The notes under the pieces: model-generated
Seen by the model: only the letters and a program-made list of their open reading frames with translations
What the model was told of the DNA's origin: nothing
Databases searched by the model: none
Shown: in pieces, positions 23,147 to 32,898 of the stretch
Layout of the letters: the number at the start of each line of letters is the position of its first letter
Numbering within the stretch: the stretch's first letter is position 1
Position numbers and translations under genes: made by a program
Source of the DNA: Candidatus Nanopelagicales bacterium
GTDB taxonomy: Bacteria > Actinomycetota > Actinomycetes > S36-B12 > UBA5976
Length of the DNA stretch: 52,339 bases
Assembly (NCBI GenBank): GCA_023260395.1
Contig: JALQVI010000004.1
Span: 1-52,339 of the forward strand
Direction of reading: 5' to 3'

Positions 23147-24347
23147 GGTGATGCACTCCTTCCACCTCAATGTCGTCAGTGACGACAGCTACTTCGGAAA
23201 ATTCTTCTTCGTGCATGATCAAACGAACACGCGCTTCAGGCAAGAAGCCTTCACGACGGAACAACATCATCAGAATCAGCAGGACGCCGAAGATAAGGAA
23301 GTTAAACGATGGGAAGTCAATGTTTTTTCCAGTTGCGGAGTTAATGATATTTCCGAACTGAACAAGACCAGTGTTGTTAACCCATGCGAGCAACGTTGCT
23401 CCCACAAGTACACCCCAAACGTTACCCATACCACCAAGTACAACCATCGAAAGAATAATGATTGATACCTGGAAGTTAAAGCGTTCCGCGTAGACACCAC
23501 CAATGAGAGTTGCGAATGCAACACCACCGACACCACCTGCGGTCGCGCCAACAGCGTAAGAAGCAAGCTTGGTGCGCATAAGTGGAACACCCATCATGGA
23601 TGCTGCAAGTTCATCTTCGCGGATAGCCAACCATGCACGACCAAGACGGCCATCACGAAGGCGAAGCGAAAGAATGATCATCAATCCAGCAAGAGCTGCA
23701 TAAATGAGGAACTTGTCGGCCAATGCGAATGGGCCGAATTCGTATCCGAATAGCTTGATGTTGTCGACTGGGTTAATACCCTTGGTTCCGTTTGTCAGGT
23801 TGAAGCCACCGATATCTTCACCGTTAACCATGACCTGCGGAATGATTTCGCCGAAGCCAAGAGTTACCAGCGCAAGGTAGTCACTCTTCAAACGCAATGT
23901 TGGTGCACCGATGATGACACCCCAAATTGCGGTGAAAACGCCACCGAGCACAAGCACGAGAAGGAAGTTCAAGTGGATACCGTTTGGCAAACCAGCCGGT
24001 GGATTACCGAAGAAGTTCACTGTCCACTGATCGAAGTGACCTGACATGAGCCAACCAGCGACATAACCACCGAGAGCCCAGAAAGCCACGTAACCAAGGT
24101 CAAGCAGACCTGCGTAACCAACCACAATGTTGAGGCCAAGAGCCATCAAGATATAAATCATGATTTCGCCCATAGAAGTCAACGAGAACCAGGAGTTGAA
24201 GAATGTCTTCACCTGTACTGGAGCAGTTGGCAAGTAGAACTTGTTAATTGCATAAATTGCAAGCACAACAGTGATGAAGCCAATGGCCCACTTTGTGTTG
24301 CTGCTTGATGTGTGCGCCGGAGCTGCAGCTTTTGTTTCTTCAGCCAT
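23133..24347 (-). CDS. livM: Branched-chain amino acid ABC transporter permease
   Basis: LGLNIVVGYAGLLDLGY, LRLKSDYLALVTLGFGEI, GRAWLAIREDE; start set at ATG 24347. Confidence 0.95.
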   Translation of the reverse strand: MAEETKAAAPAHTSSSNTKWAIGFITVVLAIYAINKFYLPTAPVQVKTFFNSWFSLTSMGEIMIYILMALGLNIVVGYAGLLDLGYVAFWALGGYVAGWLMSGHFDQWTVNFFGNPPAGLPNGIHLNFLLVLVLGGVFTAIWGVIIGAPTLRLKSDYLALVTLGFGEIIPQVMVNGEDIGGFNLTNGTKGINPVDNIKLFGYEFGPFALADKFLIYAALAGLMIILSLRLRDGRLGRAWLAIREDELAASMMGVPLMRTKLASYAVGATAGGVGGVAFATLIGGVYAERFNFQVSIIILSMVVLGGMGNVWGVLVGATLLAWVNNTGLVQFGNIINSATGKNIDFPSFNFLIFGVLLILMMLFRREGFLPEARVRLIMHEEEFSEVAVVTDDIEVEGVHHHEHN

Positions 24348-24351
24348 GTCC

Positions 24352-25395
24352 TTACACCTTTTCCGTAGTTGCTTTACCAAGCAGACCAGCAGGCTTGTAA
24401 ACCATCAAAAGAATCAAGATGGTGAACACAACTGTCTGTGACCACTTCTGTCCCGGGCCGAATGGCAGACCGTCGTTGAAGCCCTGAATGACACCAATAA
24501 GGAAACCACCAAGAACAGCGCCGTACAAATTACCCACACCGCCAAGTACTGCCGAGGTGAATGCGATAAGGCCGAGCTGGAAACCAATGTTGTATGCAAC
24601 GGTGCCGACTGATTGTGCGAACATCAAGCCAGCAGCACCGGCCATTGCGCCACCAAGGGCGAATACCAGCGAAATTGTCTTGTTGACGTCGATACCCATC
24701 AATCGAGCAGCATCTTTATCCTGTGCTGTTGCACGCATCGCGCGACCCTGCTTGGTCTTGTTTACAAGAGTTACCAAGACAAGAAGCAATGGAATTGTCA
24801 GGCTGATGATCGCAAGTGCGTTCCAAGGAACAACAACGCCGGCAACTGTGAACGAAGTCTGAGGCAAAACAGTTGTGAAGTTACGTGGAGCTGAGCCGTT
24901 CCACTTAAGTCCGATGAACTGCAAGACGAACGAGACACCGACTGCTGTAATCAGCGGAGCAAGCTTTGGAGCATCGCGAAGTCGACGGTACGCAAGGCGC
25001 TCGATAACAACGTTAAGCGTTGCACAGAACACCATTGCGAGCACGAGCGTCAAACCAAGCATTGCGTAGTTGCGCGGGGTTGCGCCTTCTGCGCCTAGGA
25101 ATGAAGTGAGGAAGAAGTAACTGAATACTGCTCCGAGCATGAAGAGATCGCCATGGGCGAAGTTAATGAGTTCGATAATGCCGTAAACAAGCGTGTAACC
25201 CAATGCGATAAGTGCATAAAGAGCACCGTTACTTAGACCGGTAATACCTACCGATAAGAACTGTGTTGGGCTATCCAAGAAGTTCCGTCCGAGCCAGTAG
25301 ATCACTACTGCAGCAATTAGGACAATGGAAATTCGAGTTAGAAGCTTGCCGACATTAACCGATGCGCGAGGTGCGCTTGCCGTTGTTGACGTCAT
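24352..25395 (-). CDS. livH: Branched-chain amino acid ABC transporter permease
   Basis: YALIALGYTLVYGIIELINFAHG, GRAMRATAQD, AVLGGVGN. Confidence 0.95.
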   Translation of the reverse strand: MTSTTASAPRASVNVGKLLTRISIVLIAAVVIYWLGRNFLDSPTQFLSVGITGLSNGALYALIALGYTLVYGIIELINFAHGDLFMLGAVFSYFFLTSFLGAEGATPRNYAMLGLTLVLAMVFCATLNVVIERLAYRRLRDAPKLAPLITAVGVSFVLQFIGLKWNGSAPRNFTTVLPQTSFTVAGVVVPWNALAIISLTIPLLLVLVTLVNKTKQGRAMRATAQDKDAARLMGIDVNKTISLVFALGGAMAGAAGLMFAQSVGTVAYNIGFQLGLIAFTSAVLGGVGNLYGAVLGGFLIGVIQGFNDGLPFGPGQKWSQTVVFTILILLMVYKPAGLLGKATTEKV

Positions 25396-25474
25396 CGTCT
25401 GCGGTCTCCCTGTTAATGAAATGAACTTGCTGTGAAAATTTATCTAACACTATCTGTCTTGCGATATCAGGGAT

Positions 25475-25509
25475 TGGGAGGGATTAGTCATTGTGACTAA
25501 TCCCTCCCA
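25475..25509 (-). terminator. Intercistronic stem-loop after the binding-protein gene (partial terminator or mRNA stabiliser)
   Basis: Perfect 16-bp stem TGGGAGGGATTAGTCA/TGACTAATCCCTCCCA, no clear U-tract. Confidence 0.7.
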
Positions 25510-25544
25510 TCCATGATTTACCTAAAGAAGGTAACGATCAGTTA

Positions 25545-26789
25545 TTACTGAACGTCCCATACCTTAAGGTCGGTTTCCTTGCCACCAGTCATTGTCTGGA
25601 TGGTTACCGACTTCTTGTCTACGTCACCGGTCTTTGGATCAATACAGAATCCAACGCCTGTGATTGACTCAGCATCGGTCAAGCAAACTGGTGATGAACC
25701 ACCAAGAAGTGCTGCAGTTACACCCTTACGAGTGCCGTCTGAAGCAGCGATTGCCTTAAGGATGACCTGCATTGCTGATGCGCCGTAGATCGAGTATGAC
25801 GAAGCTGGGTCAACACCGTACTTGGTCTTGTAATCAGCTACGAACTGGCCAGCTGCGCCGCCACCCTTAACCATGCCGTCAAGTGACTTGCCAGCGAATG
25901 AAAGGTGTAGACCTTCAGCCTGTGGCATGCCCTGGAGATCTGGGTAACCCGAGAAACCGTCAGGAGCCATCTTGAAGAATGATGCGTTGTCACCTAGTAC
26001 GGCAACTGCGTCCTTGACCAAGGTTCCACCGTTGTTGTCGTAGATGCCACCGAAGAATACACAGTCAGCGCCAGCTGCCTTGATCTTCTGGAATAGAGCG
26101 GTGTAAGAAGTCTGCTTAGCATCCCAAGCTTCGTTCACTACAACTGTTCCACCCTGCTTGGCGAATTCGTCTGCGAATGACTTAGCAATACCTTGACCGT
26201 AGGTCTGGTTGTCGTTAAGAACAGCACACTTTGTCTTCTTTGCTTCCTGGAAGGTGTACTGAGCATCTGCAGTGCCCTGGTAGATGTCGTTTGGTACTAC
26301 GCGAGCGTAGTTACGGGTGCCACCTGGGTAGTACTTTTCAGGCTCGCCTGGATCCCAAGAAACTGTTAGACCTGGGTTGGTGTTTGCGTGTGAAACCATC
26401 AACATTGGGCCGGTTGGATCCTGGTTAAGTACAGGAACTTCGATCTTTGCACAACCTGAGTTGTAAGTACCCATAACAGCAACTTCAGCTGCGTTGGCTA
26501 CGTGATCCTGTGCGTTCTTTGCACACTGTGCATCGTCCCAAGCACCCTTGGCTGCAGTTGAATCGTCGTACTGCTTGATGGTGACCGTGTACTTGCCAGC
26601 CTTGCCGCCCTGCTTTTCTAGGTAAAGGGCGATTGCATTGTTTGTTGCTGTGCTTGCATCTGCTGATGCACCCTGCAATGGAAGGTCGGTACCAACAACG
26701 AGAGCGCTGTTGGAAGAACCGCCACCACAAGCTGCAAGAGCGATAGCACCGGCAATTGCCAACGCACCGATCTTGATTGACTTGATCAT
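25545..26789 (-). CDS. Branched-chain amino acid ABC transporter substrate-binding lipoprotein (LivJ/LivK family)
   Basis: Lipobox LAAC, MGTYNSG, YGQGIA; first gene of the liv cluster. Confidence 0.92.
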   Translation of the reverse strand: MIKSIKIGALAIAGAIALAACGGGSSNSALVVGTDLPLQGASADASTATNNAIALYLEKQGGKAGKYTVTIKQYDDSTAAKGAWDDAQCAKNAQDHVANAAEVAVMGTYNSGCAKIEVPVLNQDPTGPMLMVSHANTNPGLTVSWDPGEPEKYYPGGTRNYARVVPNDIYQGTADAQYTFQEAKKTKCAVLNDNQTYGQGIAKSFADEFAKQGGTVVVNEAWDAKQTSYTALFQKIKAAGADCVFFGGIYDNNGGTLVKDAVAVLGDNASFFKMAPDGFSGYPDLQGMPQAEGLHLSFAGKSLDGMVKGGGAAGQFVADYKTKYGVDPASSYSIYGASAMQVILKAIAASDGTRKGVTAALLGGSSPVCLTDAESITGVGFCIDPKTGDVDKKSVTIQTMTGGKETDLKVWDVQ

Positions 26790-26894
26790 GTATTTGTCCT
26801 CTCATGGAACCCGCTGTCATAAATACAGCGAGCAGGTACAACCTAGGGCACAAAAGAGACACATTTGAGTGTTTTGGACCATACAAAACAAGGT

Positions 26895-26910
26895 GTTACA
26901 GGGCTGTTAC
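26895..26910 (-). promoter_or_regulatory. Putative GlnR/OmpR-family box GTAAC-N6-GTAAC upstream of the liv operon
   Basis: 11-bp-period direct repeat just upstream of a candidate -10 TATGGT (26878-26883). Confidence 0.5.
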
Positions 26911-26975
26911 CAAACAGCGGCAATGTGCTTTTGTGAAAATGAGGCTAAATGTCCGAAATTCCATACCAAACACGC

Positions 26976-27007
26976 AAAAGGGCCAACGGAATTAACCGTT
27001 GACCCTT
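26976..27007 (-). terminator. Intrinsic terminator downstream of tRNA-Pro
   Basis: AAGGGTCAACGG-TTAATT-CCGTTGGCCCTT followed by further Ts on the - strand. Confidence 0.8.
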
Positions 27008-27014
27008 AAATGCG

Positions 27015-27088
27015 TCGGGCTGACAGGATTTGAACCTGCGGCCCCTTCACCCCCAGCGAAGTGCGCTACCAAGCTGCGCTACAGCCCG
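27015..27088 (-). tRNA. tRNA-Pro (GGG), CCA not encoded
   Basis: CGGGCTGTAGCGCAGCTTGGTAGCGCA-CTTCG-CTGGGGG-TGAAG...GGTTCAAATCC-TGTCAGCCCGA cloverleaf. Confidence 0.97.
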
Positions 27089-27138
27089 CGACACGTCAAT
27101 CTTAATAGTTGAAGTACCGAGTTCGTTTAGTCCGTCTC

Positions 27139-28476
27139 TTACTCAGGGACATCGACTGTGTAATGGACACCAGAAAATTGGCTGCGCCATTCAGTTACTT
27201 CTTGACCGATCGCTGCCACATCACCTGATTCACGTAAGGCACGTGAAATGAAATCAGCAAGCTCGCACATATGAGAAACCTTCATGCCAATTCGAACTGC
27301 TTCGGGCGTTCCTAATCGAAGCCCATTCAAATCACCTTCAACTGGATCAATTGGCAGACCAATTCCACACGCCAAGAGATTTGCCGATGCCAACTTTCGA
27401 GCCGCAGTTTGTCCCCCGCCATATGGTGCGGCAATGACCGCAAGCTGATGCGAATTCGTCCAACCTTGTGCTTTGGCAAAGACCTCAACTCCTCTTGAAT
27501 CAAGTTGTGCGGCCAACTCATGTGCAGTGGCCACCATCATCGCGGCGTAGTTGCGCCCAACTGTTGCCCAGTCCTGCAATGTGATTCCTAGAGCAGCTGT
27601 CTTGGCGGCATCAAAGTTTGCCGTTAAACCTGGGTAGGCAATCGCATCAATTCGTTGAGCAAGTGATTCCTCATTCGTAACAATCAGTCCACCAGCTGGA
27701 CCACCGAGGCTCTTGTAAGTGCTAAAAGTCATGAGATGAGCACCATGTTCTAGAGGGGCTAACCATTGTTTGCCGGCGATCATTCCACACAGATGTGCTG
27801 CATCGAAAAGCACTAGCGCGCCAACTTCATCAGCAATTTCGCGCACCTTGGAAATCGGATGTTGAAATAGATTGAGGCTTCCGCCAATCGTGATTAATTT
27901 CGGCCGCACCTCTTGTGCCAAGACTCGCAATGCATCGATGTCTACTGTGTAATTTTCGGCGTCAATCGGTGCGGAAACTGTCTTTAGTCGATAGAGCCCA
28001 GCAGACCCAGCGGAATGATGTGTAACGTGACCGCCAATAGTCGCAGGTGGCGCTATTATCGTGTCACCTGGTTCACACGTAGCCATGAACGCGTACAAAT
28101 TGGCAATCGCACCTGATGGAACTCGAAACTCGGCGTAGCGACTCCCAAAAACCTCACAAGCGAGTTCGGTTGTGATGATTTCAATTTGCTCAATTGCTTC
28201 GAGCCCCGTTTCATACTTTTCGCCGGGATGCCCGAGTGAGGCACGAGATCCGAGCTGCTTTGACAACATCGCTTCTGCTCGAGGATTCATGACGTTACTC
28301 GCAGGGTTGAGGTTAATGCCTCGCACGTCGTGGATTTGGTGACTTTCATTTGCCAGTTCTTCTATCCACGATTGATTAGACGAAGGCGAATTGGTATCCA
28401 CTCTTCCTGCTACGGATTTGAGTAGCTCTTTTGTTGCGGTTGTTGCCCAGGACGGAATTGATAGCGCATGTGTCAT
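27139..28476 (-). CDS. SHMT-fold PLP enzyme, alpha-methylserine aldolase-like (not canonical GlyA)
   Basis: INLNPASN, SRASLGHPGEKYETG, GGHVTH, FDAAHLCG, STYKSLGGPAGG (PLP lysine), GLRLGTP; lacks GlyA LIASEN/YAEGYP/THKTLRGPR. Confidence 0.8.
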   Translation of the reverse strand: MTHALSIPSWATTATKELLKSVAGRVDTNSPSSNQSWIEELANESHQIHDVRGINLNPASNVMNPRAEAMLSKQLGSRASLGHPGEKYETGLEAIEQIEIITTELACEVFGSRYAEFRVPSGAIANLYAFMATCEPGDTIIAPPATIGGHVTHHSAGSAGLYRLKTVSAPIDAENYTVDIDALRVLAQEVRPKLITIGGSLNLFQHPISKVREIADEVGALVLFDAAHLCGMIAGKQWLAPLEHGAHLMTFSTYKSLGGPAGGLIVTNEESLAQRIDAIAYPGLTANFDAAKTAALGITLQDWATVGRNYAAMMVATAHELAAQLDSRGVEVFAKAQGWTNSHQLAVIAAPYGGGQTAARKLASANLLACGIGLPIDPVEGDLNGLRLGTPEAVRIGMKVSHMCELADFISRALRESGDVAAIGQEVTEWRSQFSGVHYTVDVPE

Positions 28477-28489
28477 GAGGCAACATTAA

Positions 28490-28510
28490 CAATTGCGCAA
28501 TTGAATGCGC
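28490..28510. promoter_or_regulatory. Candidate operator in the aldolase promoter
   Basis: Perfect 14-bp palindrome CAATTGCGCAATTG (28490-28503) overlapping GCGCA-N6-TGCGC (28495-28510), next to -10 TAATGT (28483-28488). Confidence 0.5.
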
Positions 28511-28563
28511 TCAACGTTTAATAAACTTCTACTCGTTCCCTCAGTAACAATTTGAGTGCGTAA

Positions 28564-30054
28564 CTATTTACGTTTACGTTTTTCGCGAATTCGAAGATTG
28601 ATGACAATAGGCGAACCAACGAATCCGAATTCTTCGCGGAAACGGCGCTCGATAAATCGACGATATCCGGCTTCTAGAAAACCAGAGGTAAAGAGAATAA
28701 AAACCGGCGGTGCAATTCCGGCTTGGGTTCCGAAAAGAATCTTTGGTTGCTTGCCACCACGCACCGGGTGAGGATGCGATTGCACGATTTCGGCAAGGAA
28801 CGAGTTCAGGCGGCCTGTTGGAACACGCGTTTGCCAGCCAGCAAGAGACTTCTCTAGAGCCGGTACGAGTCGATCAGAGTGCCAACCGGTACGAGCGCTC
28901 AAATTGATGCGCGGTGCCCACGTGACTTGATTCAGCTCTCGTTCAATTTCACGATCTAAGTAATAACGGCGATCTTCATCAACGAGATCCCACTTGTTAA
29001 ACGCAATAACCAAAGCGCGGCCAGATTCGACAACCATGCTGATGATTCGCAGGTCTTGCTCTGAAAGTGGCTGGCTCGCATCGAGCAAAACTACGGCAAC
29101 ATCGGCGCGATCAAGGGCAGATTTCGTGCGCAACGTTGCGTAGTACTCATGGCCCGATGCGTGCTTTGCTCGCTTGCGTATGCCTGCAGTATCAACAAAG
29201 ATCCACTCTCGGTCGCCCAAGGTGATGAGTTCGTCAACTGGATCGACTGTCGTGCCTGCGACACTATCTACAACGGCACGCGAGTCCCCCGAAAGCGAGT
29301 TGAGCAGACTTGACTTTCCAACGTTTGGCTTGCCGAGTAATGCGATACGTTTCGGACCGGCAGGTCGCGCCTCGCCTGATCCCTTTTCAGGAAGTGCCTT
29401 AATGATTTCATCGAGCAAATCGCCACTTCCGCGACCGTGTAGTGCTGATACAGGGAATGGCTCACCTAGGCCGAGAGACCAGAGATTTGCAACTTCTGGC
29501 TCAACACGAGAATCGTCGACTTTATTTGCCACCAAAATGACAGGAACTTTTGCCTGTCGCAAAATTCGAACAATTGCTTCATCTGCGTCCGTAGCACCGA
29601 CTGTCGCATCAACAACGAATAGCACCACATCACTTGTGAGCATTGCCTGTTTAGCTTGTGCTGAAACTTGCGCCGACAAACCCTTGGCATCATGTTCCCA
29701 GCCACCGGTGTCTACGACGATGAATGGGATGCCATTCCAATCGGCTTCGTAACGAACTCGATCTCGAGTAACACCAGGAATATCTTCGACAACGGCTTCT
29801 CGACGACCAATCAGTCGATTAACAAAAGTTGATTTTCCAACGTTAGGACGTCCGACAACGGCGACAACCGGCAAGTTCGCTAGGACGTCTTCTTCATCGA
29901 GTTCGCAGATGTCGTCAATACCTAATTTGTCGAGCAACTCGGCATATTCGGCTTCGGTCAATCCCGAAAGATTTTCGGGCAATTCAATGTCGTCATCGAT
30001 TTCAATCGCGTCGCCAGCTACGTCGTAAATTTCGACGCCTTCATCTTCATACAT
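28564..30054 (-). CDS. der: Ribosome biogenesis GTPase Der (EngA)
   Basis: Tandem GTPase domains ([18 protein letters not shown]; DTGG/DTAG; NKVD/NKWD), KH-like C-terminus, acidic N-terminal extension. Confidence 0.98.
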   Translation of the reverse strand: MYEDEGVEIYDVAGDAIEIDDDIELPENLSGLTEAEYAELLDKLGIDDICELDEEDVLANLPVVAVVGRPNVGKSTFVNRLIGRREAVVEDIPGVTRDRVRYEADWNGIPFIVVDTGGWEHDAKGLSAQVSAQAKQAMLTSDVVLFVVDATVGATDADEAIVRILRQAKVPVILVANKVDDSRVEPEVANLWSLGLGEPFPVSALHGRGSGDLLDEIIKALPEKGSGEARPAGPKRIALLGKPNVGKSSLLNSLSGDSRAVVDSVAGTTVDPVDELITLGDREWIFVDTAGIRKRAKHASGHEYYATLRTKSALDRADVAVVLLDASQPLSEQDLRIISMVVESGRALVIAFNKWDLVDEDRRYYLDREIERELNQVTWAPRINLSARTGWHSDRLVPALEKSLAGWQTRVPTGRLNSFLAEIVQSHPHPVRGGKQPKILFGTQAGIAPPVFILFTSGFLEAGYRRFIERRFREEFGFVGSPIVINLRIREKRKRK

Positions 30055-30713
30055 TAGGCACCACGCACAATGTTCAGGATGCGCTCAATTACCTGTTCGA
30101 GCGTCATATCGGTTGTGTCGACAACAACTGCGTCATCGGCTTGAACGAGCGGCGATGTCTTACGAGTACTGTCCGCTTTGTCACGTCTGGCAAGCTGCTG
30201 CTGTGTCGCTTGGATGTCTTCCCCATTTTCTGCGGCGCGACGTGCTGCTCGTGCAGTTTCATCGGCAGTCAGAAATATTTTGACTTTGGCATTGGGCAAA
30301 ACCACAGGACCAATATCTCGGCCCTCAGCAACAATTCCATTAACTGCGTTTGCGGCAATTTCTCGTTGCAAATCCACCAGCAGTGCCCGAACCTCTGGAA
30401 CTGCACTTACTCGACTTACTCCTGCGGTTACATTCTCGCCGCGAATTGGTTCAGAAACATCAATCGGACCGACGTGGATACCTGGAGTATCGGGGTTTGT
30501 ACTCGGCAATATTTGCGCTTGCTTGGCGTAAGCCGCGATTTCTTGCGGGTCATCCAGATCCACATGTTGATCCTGCATAAACCATGTCATCGCACGGTAC
30601 ATCGAACCAGTGTCAAGGTATTGAAGTCCCAGTTCACGGGCAACCGCACGCGAAACCGTAGATTTTCCTGATCCGCTAGGGCCATCAATAGCGATTACTA
30701 GCGGTGAGGTCAT
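30054..30713 (-). CDS. cmk: Cytidylate kinase
   Basis: [29 protein letters not shown]. Confidence 0.98.
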   Translation of the reverse strand: MTSPLVIAIDGPSGSGKSTVSRAVARELGLQYLDTGSMYRAMTWFMQDQHVDLDDPQEIAAYAKQAQILPSTNPDTPGIHVGPIDVSEPIRGENVTAGVSRVSAVPEVRALLVDLQREIAANAVNGIVAEGRDIGPVVLPNAKVKIFLTADETARAARRAAENGEDIQATQQQLARRDKADSTRKTSPLVQADDAVVVDTTDMTLEQVIERILNIVRGA

Positions 30714-30729
30714 TCCTTCATTCTACGCG

Positions 30730-31794
30730 CTAAGTAACTACCGTGAAATCAGCAGAAGTTAAGGCACGTTCCAGCGTCACCACGCTCGCTGGTTCAACCG
30801 TGAGCTCAACTAAACCTGTCATTCGGCCGAGTGAATGATCAATTCGCACATCTTCGAGGTTGACGCTTGCAGCAGCCGCAACGGCAAAGAGTCGAGCCAA
30901 CTCGCCAGGTTGGTCAGCAAGTCGCACTGAAATGGTTGCCATGTCTTTGCGAGCAGTACCATGCTTGCCCGGAAGTCTGTCACGACCTTTCGAGCCACGT
31001 ACGAGAACATCTTCGATACCTTGCTGGTCAGAATCAAGCAGAGCGCGAGCAACCTCGGCTAAATCGTGAGCGACTGACGTTACTTGATGCGCAACCTGCG
31101 TTGCATTTCCAGCCAAGATTTGCTGCCATAAATCAGCATTTGAAGATGCGATGCGAATTGTGTCTCGTAGCCCTTGGCCAGCAAGTTCAATATCTTTCTC
31201 TTCGGCATTCAGCAATTGCGCTGCCAAAACAGAAGCAACAACTTGTGGCGTATGGGACACTAACGCAACGGCCCGATCATGATCAGCAATTGATCGACTG
31301 ATCGGCACAGCACCTAGCTCAAGAGTCAATCCTTCGACCGTCGAAAAGCTTTCATCGGACGTAAATTCATTCCGAGTAATTACCCATGATCGATCAACGA
31401 ATAAGTTACTTATCGCTGAAGCAGCCCCTGACACTTCCCTGCCGGCCATCGGGTGTCCACCAACGATGCGACTCAGTGAATGTGAATCTAAGTCGCTAAG
31501 CTCCTCGAAAATGGATCCCTTAACGCTGCTGACATCAGTGATGACGGCACGCTGTTGACTACGAACCATTTCTCGAATAACCGAACCTGTAACTGCAGGC
31601 GGTGTTGCAACGACAACAATGTCGGCTTGAGAATCTCCGTCCCACCGCTGTGCGCCACTTTTTGCAATGGCAGTTTCAAGCGCGTCGGGGTTGGAATCAG
31701 CCAGGTACACAACGTGGTCGAGTGCCACGAGACCCAATGCAATTGATGTGCCGATAAGACCAGTGCCGACAACGAGAACAGTTGACTTAGACAT
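30730..31794 (-). CDS. tyrA: Prephenate dehydrogenase with C-terminal ACT-like domain
   Basis: GTGLIGTS, DVSSVK, GGHPMAGRE, HDRAVALVSH, DQPGELARL. Confidence 0.93.
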   Translation of the reverse strand: MSKSTVLVVGTGLIGTSIALGLVALDHVVYLADSNPDALETAIAKSGAQRWDGDSQADIVVVATPPAVTGSVIREMVRSQQRAVITDVSSVKGSIFEELSDLDSHSLSRIVGGHPMAGREVSGAASAISNLFVDRSWVITRNEFTSDESFSTVEGLTLELGAVPISRSIADHDRAVALVSHTPQVVASVLAAQLLNAEEKDIELAGQGLRDTIRIASSNADLWQQILAGNATQVAHQVTSVAHDLAEVARALLDSDQQGIEDVLVRGSKGRDRLPGKHGTARKDMATISVRLADQPGELARLFAVAAAASVNLEDVRIDHSLGRMTGLVELTVEPASVVTLERALTSADFTVVT

Positions 31795-31800
31795 GAGCAG

Positions 31801-32157
31801 CTACTGCGAGATGTCTTGGCGCAGGACTTGAGCGCCGCGTAAGTAAATGTGCTTTACATCCGAACGTGGAACGTCAATGTTGGCATGAACCATCACTCGC
31901 ACAGTCATTGGCATCGCCCCGTGAACATCGATTTCTTGCGCACAAATTAGCGGCACATCCGAAAGTTCGAGTTCGCGAGCTGCTGCGGCCGGGAATGCGC
32001 AATGTAAATCTGGCGTAGATGTAAATAAAACGCTGACCAAATCGTCGTTGGCAATCTGATTGCGGTCAAACATCTCTTTGAGTAATTCGACAACTGCGGA
32101 TCGCATTTCTTCAGCATCGTCTTGCTGAAGACAGGTCGCTCCTCGAATTGCACGCAT
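31801..32157 (-). CDS. aroH: AroH-type chorismate mutase
   Basis: MRAIRGAT, FPAAAAR, HIYLRGAQVLR; start set at ATG 32157. Confidence 0.95.
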   Translation of the reverse strand: MRAIRGATCLQQDDAEEMRSAVVELLKEMFDRNQIANDDLVSVLFTSTPDLHCAFPAAAARELELSDVPLICAQEIDVHGAMPMTVRVMVHANIDVPRSDVKHIYLRGAQVLRQDISQ

Positions 32158-32167
32158 AGGTGAAAGT

Positions 32168-32893
32168 CTAGAGCCCAACAGCGTTGTACAAAGCACCCAA
32201 CTCGGCGTTGCTCAAGTCGCGCACTTGACCGCTACGTAATCCCGCGAGTTGAACTGGCCCAACTCGCGTGCGCACGAGATCGAGCACTGGATACCCCAAT
32301 TCATCAAAGAGCCGTCGAACAATTCGATTACGGCCTTCGTGAATTGTCACTTCGATGACAGATGAATCATTTGAGATGTCGACAATTTTCGGATTTGCGA
32401 CTTCTACTGCTCTATCCTCGACCACAACTCCAGCGGTGAGTTCACGCAAAATGTCTTTTGTGACGCGACCGCGAACTCGAGCGACATACGTCTTTTCAAT
32501 TCCATGCGAAGGATGTCCTAGCCGGTTGGCCAACTCACCATCATTTGTCATTAAAAGCAGGCCTTCGGTATCTGTATCTAGCCGCCCGACATGAAAAAGT
32601 CGTTCTTCAAAATCAGCAACAAAGTCACCTACACAGGAGCGTCCCTGCGGATCAGACATCGTAGTGACAACACCACGAGGTTTATTTAACGCGACGACAA
32701 CTTTGCCACTGGCCTGAGCGATTAAGACTCCGTCCACGCGAATTTCACTGACTAGTGGATCAACCCGAGCGCCTAGTTCATCTGCAACTTCACCGTCGAT
32801 AGAAACGCGTCCTGCAGTTATGAACTCTTCGCATTTGCGGCGAGAGCCTAGACCGGCAGCAGCAAGCACCTTTTGAAGTCGGATTTCCGCCAT
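32168..32893 (-). CDS. rluB: rRNA pseudouridine synthase (RsuA/RluB family)
   Basis: S4 domain RLQKVLA..GLGSRR, VGRLDTDTEGLLL, EGRNRIVRR. Confidence 0.9.
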   Translation of the reverse strand: MAEIRLQKVLAAAGLGSRRKCEEFITAGRVSIDGEVADELGARVDPLVSEIRVDGVLIAQASGKVVVALNKPRGVVTTMSDPQGRSCVGDFVADFEERLFHVGRLDTDTEGLLLMTNDGELANRLGHPSHGIEKTYVARVRGRVTKDILRELTAGVVVEDRAVEVANPKIVDISNDSSVIEVTIHEGRNRIVRRLFDELGYPVLDLVRTRVGPVQLAGLRSGQVRDLSNAELGALYNAVGL

Positions 32894-32898
32894 GGCGT

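Noticed and set aside
23133-23160. His-rich LivM C-terminus (GVHHHEHN) as a metal site
   Set aside because: Explained by overlap with the livG SD and start (GGAGTGCATCACCATGAGC)
27015-28560. tRNA-Pro as an island integration site for the aldolase
   Set aside because: The insert lies 5' of the tRNA; no duplicated tRNA 3' end or integrase was seen
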